Assembly: GCA_964016885.1 (NCBI GenBank)
Contig: OZ024743.1
Coordinates: 329,778,001 to 329,842,000 of the forward strand
From: Eledone cirrhosa
Lineage: Eukaryota
DNA: 64,000 bases
Reading direction: 5' to 3'
The position numbers and the translations under genes are program-made. A model generated the notes under the pieces. It was not told the DNA's origin. It saw nothing but the letters and a program-made list of their open reading frames with translations, and did no database searches. This document shows positions 56,620-64,000 of the stretch, piece after piece; position 1 is the stretch's first letter, and each line of letters opens with the position of its first letter.

Positions 56620-56910
56620 TCCGAGGGGTCTTTGGAGTAACGGTACTCAATAAAGTGGGTAGCTGATCACGCTTGGAGATCCAGCCGGATCAGTTGGAGA
56701 TGGTTGCTTCTGACAGAACACATTGGAGGGAGTGGTTGAGGACTCAGTTCCCACTACCCTCTCAGGAATAAGTGGGCGAAGAAGAAGAAAAATAAAAATA
56801 AAAATAAAAATAAAAATAAAAATAAAAATAAAAATAAAAATAAAAATAAAAATAAAAATAAAAATAAAAATAAAAATAAAAATAATAATAATAAGAAGAA
56901 GAAGAAATTA
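56620..56910 (+). mobile_element. RTE-like LINE 3' end with (AAAAAT)n tail
   Basis: Similar to 2980-3325 (gaggggtctttggagtaacggtactc...aggaataagtgggcgaagaa), followed by a hexamer tail. Confidence 0.55.
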
Positions 56911-57621
56911 GTTCTAGGTTCAATCCAAGGTGCTGCTTGGCGGGGATTGAACCCGGAACCAATTAGTTGTTAAGCGAACTCATTGACCACACAATCATGC
57001 GTTTATAGGTTTTACATTAGCAACAAGATGTCAGACATAGAAATCAATAGGTGTGATGTGGTAAATAATATCTGAATTAGTTTTAACAAAATAGACGAGA
57101 AGAGAAAATAACAACATGTTTTGTTGGTTTTTGTTTTTAATAAGTCGTTTGAAGTTTTTCCTGTGAATTATTAATTGAATGAAGCAGGTTTAAGAATGGT
57201 CAATACTTATATAACTAAGCAATATGATAGCCTTAGCAGATCGATTAACTAAACAATAAAATGAACTTATTGTCTCGAAACAAACGAGTTCATACGTCTT
57301 ACTCTATACACACACTCTTTATCTGCGTAGTTTTCTTTTTCTCAACCTGTACACAATACGCACTCTCACATATATACACACACACAATGCACATGTACTC
57401 ACATACATATATATACACGCACACAATACGCACTATTACTCTCACATATATACACACACAAAACAGGCACTTGTACTCACACACATACATACACACATAC
57501 AATGCGCACTTCTACTCACACACACAATACTACTAATACCACCACCACCTATGCCACTACTATTACCACAAATACTGCCACTACTACTACTACCACTACT
57601 ACTACTACTACCAATGTCACA

Positions 57622-57674
<53 letters not shown>

Positions 57675-58062
57675 CACTACCACTACTACTACCAATGCCA
57701 CAACTACTACTACTACAACCACAACAACAACAACTACTACTACTACTACTACCACCATCACCACCAATGCCACAACTACTGCTACAACAACAACAACATC
57801 AATAATAAGGATATTGAATATAATAGCAATAATTCCCTTATTTTATTTATTTCAAGTGTAAATCTGTTGAACATGAAAGAGAGGAAAAGGTCTGATGAGT
57901 GTTACAGAGTATATTATAATGAGAAGAGAGCCATTAATTACCATCTGGTAAATAACGGAACAACGAGACATTATTCCTCGCCAGTAATAATGGACATAGT
58001 AAAAGGAAATAGTGTAAAGAAGAATTTAATAGAAGCAGTAGTCCGAAAGACATTAAATGATC

Positions 58063-58218
58063 TGTTATATTTGGAGAGGGTCATGTTGTCCTAATATAGC
58101 CAGAAATAATAGTAAAACACACTCACTGTTTGGTTTAGTTTTCAAACCAAACCAAACAGTGTGTTTTACTATTATTTCTGGCTATATTAGGACAACATGA
58201 CCCTCCGCAAATGTAACA
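58063..58218. repeat. Fold-back hairpin, about 70-bp arms
   Basis: gagggtcatgttgtcctaatatagccagaaataatagtaaaacacac / gtgtgttttactattatttctggctatattaggacaacatgaccctc. Confidence 0.9.
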
Positions 58219-58559
58219 ATATCTGCTTTAACACATATTGTTGAAACAGATATTGTTTCAATAATATTTCATATGAAAAACCTTGCAAAACAAATACATC
58301 GACTTTAAATGACCAATTTGAACGATAAACGTCTGGATTAAAACTGAACTGTCTTGGGATTAACTCTCCTGCAGTGATCTAAAAAGTGAGACTGAAGCAG
58401 TTGATCTCGGCTCAAAACCAAGTTTTGAGTACTAAGTCAGTGACTCAAGTGCTACTTCATGGTGATGAAAGTGTAAAGAGCCGTTTTCGTGGAATTAAGA
58501 CAAAAATTGTCATCGACAAAGTGAGTGTTGGTAAAATATTAGCTCAAAATGATTGACAA

Positions 58560-59035
58560 GGAAAACATGACAAGGTCTGTATTTACTGATCAATATGTCA
58601 AAAATATCAGATGTCTGATATGTGGTACCAGCGCCTGTACCAGAAAATGTCCCTCATGACAGATAAACCCAAGACATTCTAGGACTTCACTATCTAAACA
58701 GCTCGCAGATATGAACACAACAGACCTGGTAGTGATAGGTGGGAATATCCGATTATTGATGTTACCATCCCAGGAGACCAAGACTTGGCCATGAAAGAAA
58801 TTGAAAATAAAATATTTAAGGTCAATCGGTATATATATACTTGGGTGGAAATCGGAATTGGACGAAGGTGGTTAATACCATTTCTACAACATCAAGATAA
58901 TTCTAATTGTTATCGGAGCTTCACTTCAATACCACTGTAACAGAGGGTATCGCGAGCAAATAGTCCTTCAATCACAAACTACTCTCCTACTAAAGATTGC
59001 CCTGTTGGACACTGCACATATATTCAGTCGAGAAG
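58560..59035 (+). mobile_element. R4/Dong-like non-LTR retrotransposon restriction-like endonuclease relic
   Basis: Remnants DFTI.T.R..EHNRP, IIDVTIPGD....KEIE, IILIVIGA and KIALLDTAHIF, with stops and frameshifts. Confidence 0.7.
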
Positions 59036-59095
59036 AATCAAAATTCAAGAATAATGTAGGATATTGAATAATTTATAGTGTCGAGCATAGCACAA

Positions 59096-59370
59096 TGTGG
59101 AGGCGAGTGGTCTAGTGGTAACGGTGTTGGACTCACGATAATAATGTCGTGGGTTCGATTTCTGAGCTGGGTTGTGTTGTGTTCTTGAGCAAAGCATTTT
59201 ATTTCACGTTTCTCTAGTATACTAAGCCGAAAATTAGTACTAGCAATAGCTGATTGTTTAACCCTGCAATGGACTGGCATCCTGTCCAGGGGAGGGTCTT
59301 GTACTCTCAGTCGCTTCACGCCACGAAACTGGGATAACCTTTGGCCAGACGAACCTCCTGGCACGAAACA
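59096..59370 (+). mobile_element. tRNA-derived SINE with a probable Meta-type central domain
   Basis: A box tggtctagtgg and B box ggttcgattt. The central accctgcaatggactggcatcctgtccagggg...tcgcttcacgcc resembles the conserved MetaSINE domain (recognised from memory, not verified). Confidence 0.6.
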
Positions 59371-59849
59371 AAATTCGAACATAGCACAAGGATTTGAAGC
59401 ATATAATTGATGTAAACGTTTAAGAATTGACAGAGGGCTGGAAGAAATAAATAAAGAAGAAGCACTGTTGAACAGATATATATATTCTAACTAAGAAATG
59501 ATGGTAAAACTAGTCAAAACTTCATTAAAACTTTATTGAAATAAAAAAAAAGCATTTAATTATGTGTGACATGGATTAAAAGATATTGTCTTATTTTGAG
59601 AAAATACATCACTCTAATGCAGGCACGATCCCGTGACTCCTGAGTAAGTGGTAGGGGCGCCGTATTGACATACGTCGTTTGTAAGGCATTTTTAAACCTA
59701 GCAGAATACAGCAGATTTCTTCCAGAGAAGGATAGTGACAGTGACATAATAGAAGTGAGAAAGTGATGTAGAGGAAGAATCGACCCCAGTGAAATTTAAT
59801 AGCTGGGAACTGCAGAATCTCGTCATGTATGTGAGAGTGTCTACTGTTC

Positions 59850-60689
59850 GTTTATGACCCGTCAGTTAGTGATTCGACAATAAGAGAACGATAAATACCA
59901 AACTTGAAATATATGTACGGGGGTCAATATGATCGACTAACTCCCTTCAAATTTGTGTCCCAGCATGGTCGCAGTCTAATAATTATTATTATTAGCATTA
60001 GGGCGGTAAATTAGCAGTATCGGTAGAGCGTTGGAAACATGTTTCATGGCATAGAGTTACGGTCTTTTCGTTCTGAGTTCAAATCCCGCTGACGTTAGCC
60101 TTTTTTTTTCACCCTTCCGAGGTCTATCAAATAAAGTACCAATAATGGACAGGGGTTGATTTAATCGACTTTCCCCTCCCCAAAATTGTTGGCCTGTCCC
60201 TAAATCACAAAGCATTATTATCACTGATTGCCAGTATCAGAAGAGGGTCGGACGCCATGCTTTCCAGCATAGAGTTACGTCCCTTTACGGTCTGAGTTTA
60301 AATCCCACCGAGGTTAACTTCGCCTTTCATCATTACGAGGTCGATAAAATAAAGTACCAGTAATACACTGGGATAATTGCTGACCTTGTGCCAAAAGTAG
60401 AAACAGTTATTATCACTGAATTTGATATGCTCACCCCCCCCCCTCATCCACAAAAAAAATTGTTGGTCTTGTCCCTCAATCAGAAACCATCATTATTAGT
60501 TGTCAATTGGCAGTATCGGTAGAGGGTAGGACGCCATGCTTTGCAGTAAAGAGTTACGGCCTTTGCCATTCTGAGTTCAAATCCCGACGAGGTTAACTTT
60601 GCCTTTAATTCTTACAGGGTCGATAAAATAAAGTACCAGTAATACACTGGAATAATTGCTGACCTTGTGCCCAAAGTAGAAACAATTAT
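59850..60689 (+). mobile_element. Head-to-tail cluster of SINE copies, dominant family and a relative
   Basis: Copies start at about 60001, 60225 and 60505, with a decayed one at about 59850. Confidence 0.8.
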
Positions 60690-60929
60690 AAGTTGTCCTA
60701 GTGTTATTAGCACCACTGTGTACAGGAAATGATATCATTGAATTCCCTGTCACATTTCTTCCCAGCAATAAATTCTCTTTATTCTTTTTTAAGCATATAC
60801 AAGGTATGAGACCACCAAATGGTGGTGACGTTGGCTGTGTTGTGGTATTGGTGTTGGGTTTAGCTGTGGTGTTGGTTGTATCGCTGCAGTATTGGTGTTG
60901 GCGGTGTTGTGTTGGTGTTGGTAGTGTTG

Positions 60930-61860
60930 TGTTGGTGGTGTTGTGGTATTGGTAGAGTTGTGGTGTTGGTGGTGTTGTTGTATTGGTAGAGTTACGGTGT
61001 TGGTGGTGTTGTGGTATTGGTAGAGTTATGGTGTTGGTGGTGTTGTGGTATTGGTAGAGTTGTGGTGTTGGTGGTGTTGTGGTATTGGTAGAGTTATGGT
61101 GTTGGTAGTGTTGTGGTATTGGTAGAGTTGTGGTGTTGGTGGTGTTGTGGTATTGGTAGAGTTATGGTGTTGGTAGTGTTGTGGTATTGGTAGAGTTGTG
61201 GTGTTGGTGGTGTTGTGGTATTGGTAGAGTTGTGGTGTTGGTAGTGTTGTGGTATTGGTAGAGTGGTGGTGTTGATGGTGTTGTGGTATTGGTAGAGTTG
61301 TGGTGTTGGTGGTGTTGTGGTATTGGTAGAGTTATGGTGTTGGTGGTGTTGGTAGAGTTGTGGTGTTGGTGGTGTTGTGGTATTGGTAGACTTATGGTGT
61401 TGGTGGTGTTGGTAGAGTTGTGGTGTTGGTGGTGTTGTGGTATTGGTAGAGGTGTGGTGTTGGTTGTGTTGTGGTATTGGTAGAGTTATGGTGTTGGTGG
61501 TGTTGTGGTATTGGTAGAGTTGTGGTGTTGGTGGTGTTGTGGTATTGGTAGAGTTATGGTGTTGGTGGTGTTGTGGTATTGGTAGAGTTGTGGTGTTGGT
61601 GGTGTTGTGGTATTGGTAGAGTTATGGTGTTGGTGGTGTGGTATTGGTAGAGTTATGGTGTTGGTGGTGTTGTGGTATTGGTAGAGTTGTGGTGTTGGTG
61701 GTGTTGTGGTATTGGTAGAGTTATGGTGTTGGTGGTGTGGTATTGGTAGAGTTATGGTGTTGGTGGTGTTGTGGTATTGGTAGAGTTATGGTGTTGGTAG
61801 TGTTGTGGTATTGGTAGAGTTATGGTGTTGGTGGTGTTGTGGTATTGGTAGAGTGGTGGT
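60930..61860. repeat. 34-bp GT-rich minisatellite
   Basis: Unit ggtgttggtggtgttgtggtattggtagagttRt. Confidence 0.92.
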
Positions 61861-61889
61861 GTTGTTGAGTTATTAGTGTTTGCGGCGTT

Positions 61890-64000
61890 TGTGGTGTGTT
61901 GGAGGTGTGTTGGTGGTGTTTTTGGTGTGTTGGTGGTGTGTTGGTGGTGTTTTTGGTGTGTTGGTGGTGTTTGTGGTGTGTTGGTGACGTGTTGATGGTG
62001 TTTTTGTTGTGTTGATGGTGTGTTGGTGGTGTTTGTGGTGTGTTGGTGACGTGTTGATGGTGTTTTTGGTATGTTGATGGTGTGTTGGTGGTGTTTGTGG
62101 TCTGTTGGTGATGTGTTGGTGGTGTTTGTGGTGTGTTGGTGGTGTGTTGGTGGTGTTTATGGTGTGTTGGTGGTGTGTTGGTGGTGTTTGTGGTGTGTTG
62201 GTGATGTGTTGGTGGTGTTTTTGGTGTGTTGGTGGTGTGTTGGTGGTGTTTGTGGTGTGTTGGTGATGTGTTGGTGGTGTTTTTGGTGTGTTGGTGGTGT
62301 GTTGGTGGTGTTTGTGGTGTGTTGGTGATGTGTTGGTGGTGTTTGTGGTGTTTTGGTAGTGTGTTGGTCGTGTTTGTGGTGTGTTGGTAGTGTGTTGGTG
62401 GTGTTTGTGGTGTGTTGGTAGTGTGTTGGTGGTGTTTGTGGTGTGTTGGTGGTGTGTTCGTGGTGTTTGTGGTGTGTTGGTGGTGTGTTGGTGGTGTTTA
62501 TGACGTGTTGGTGATGTATTGGTGGTGTTTGTGGTGTGTTGGTGATGTGTTGGTGATGTGTTGGTGGTGTATTTGGTGTGTTGGTGGTGTTTGTGGTGTG
62601 TTGGTGATGTGTTGGTGGTGTTTTTAGTGTGTTGGTGGTGTGTTGGTGGTGTTCGTGGTGTGTTGGTGGTGTGTTGGTGGTGTTTTTGGTGTGTTGGTGG
62701 TGTGTTGGTGGTGTTTGTGGTGTGTTGGTGATGTGTTGGTGGTGTTTTTGGTGTGTTGGTGGTGTTTGTGGTGTATTGGTGGTGTGTTGGTGGTGTTTGT
62801 GGCGTGTTGGTGATGTGTTAGTGGTGTTTGTGGTGTGTTGGTGATGTGTTGGTGGTGTTTTTGGTGTGTTGGTGATGTGTTGGTAGTGTGTTGGTGTGTT
62901 GGTGGTGTTTGTGGTGTGTTGGTGATGTGTTGGTGGTGTTTTTGGTGTGTTTGTCGCGTGTTGGTGGTGTTTGTGGTGTGTTGGTGATGTGTTGGTGGTG
63001 TTTGTGGTGTGTTGGTAGTGTGTTGGTCGCGTTTGTGGTGTGTTGGTAGTGTGTTGGTGGTGTTTGTGGTGTGTTGGTAGTGTGTTGGTGGTGTTTGTGG
63101 TGTGTTGGTAGTGTGTTGGTGGTGTTTATGGCGTGTTGGTGATGTATTGGTGGTGTTTGTGGTGTGTTGGTGATGTGTTGGTGGTGTTTTTGGTGTGTTG
63201 GTGATGTGTTGGTGGTGTTTTTGGTGTGTTGGTGGTGTGTTGGTGGTGTTTGTGGTGTGTTGGTGATGTGTTGGTGGTGTTTTTGGTGTGTTGGTGGTGT
63301 GTTGGTGGTGTTTGTGGTGTGTTGGTGATGTGTTGGTGGTGTTTGTGGTGTGTTGGTGATGTGTTGGTGGTGTTTGTGGTGTGTTGGTGATGTGTTGGTG
63401 GTGTTTGTGGTGTGTTGGTAGTGTGTTGGTCGTGTTTGTGGTGTGTTGGTAGTGTGTTGGTCGTGTTTGTGGTGTGTGTTGTTAGTGTGTTGGTGGTGTT
63501 TATGGCGTGTTGGTAATGTATTGGTGGTGTTTGTGGTGTGTTGGTGATGTGTTGGTGGTATTTTTGGTGTGTTGGTGGTGTTTGTGGTGTATTGGTGGTG
63601 TGTTGGTCGTGTTTATGGCGTGTTGGTGATGTATTGGTGGTGTTTGTGGTGTGTTGGTGATGTGTTGGTGGTGTTTTTGGTGTGTTGGTGGTGTGTTGGT
63701 GGTGTTTTTGGTGTGTTTGTGCTGTGTTGGTGGTGTTTGTGGTGTGTTGGTGATGTGTTGGTTGTGTTTGTGGTGTGTTGGTGATGTGTTGGTGGTGTTT
63801 GTGGTGTGTTGGTGATGTGTTGGTGGTGTTTTTGGTGTGTTGGTGATGTGTTGGTGGTGTTTGTGGTGAGTTGGTAGAGTGTTGCTGGTGTTTGTGGCGT
63901 GTTGGTGATGTGTTGGTGGTGTTTTTGTTGTGTTGGTGATGTGTTGGTGGTGTTTGTGGTGTGTTGGTAGAGTGTTGGTGGTGTTTGTGGCGTGTTGGTG
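61890..64000. repeat. GT-rich minisatellite, about 31-bp unit built from 11-bp subunits, runs off the window
   Basis: Unit ggtgtgttggtgatgtgttggtggtgtttgt with variants. Confidence 0.92.

Noticed and set aside
57502-57861. Thr-rich mucin-like ORF
   Set aside because: It is an (ACT/ACC)n trinucleotide repeat with no supporting exon structure.
59096-59170. tRNA gene-like A and B boxes (also in other SINE heads)
   Set aside because: There is no cloverleaf, and the boxes continue into SINE bodies.
60930-64000. Telomere-like G-rich array
   Set aside because: There are no TTAGGG repeats. It is a GT-rich minisatellite, and a subtelomeric position cannot be shown.

Overview
AT-rich, microsatellite-dense eukaryotic DNA. 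The tRNA-derived SINEs resemble those of octopods, so an octopod cephalopod is the likely source (inference). No host protein-coding gene is convincing, and nearly all long ORFs in the track are microsatellite read-through. The window is a patchwork of decayed mobile elements: four Penelope-like element (PLE) fragments (two Neptune-like RT + GIY-YIG, two Nematis-like), RTE-type LINEs, a CRE-like element with an inverted 5' segment, an R4/Dong endonuclease relic, an internally deleted mariner, two Helitron-like non-autonomous elements, about 25 SINE copies and several satellites. The main signal is about 18 type I hammerhead ribozyme (HHR) motifs, read by eye on both strands, from more than 10 sequence families. 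Most lie in small (about 300-630 nt) non-coding units inserted in or beside (TA)n tracts. These units occur as tandem monomers, as monomer + partial repeat + inverted copy, or as near-perfect fold-backs whose axis sits on the ribozyme stem I. This fits a diverse population of non-autonomous, PLE-mobilised, retrozyme-like elements that may produce circular RNAs. Folds were assigned by eye and coordinates are approximate to a few bases.
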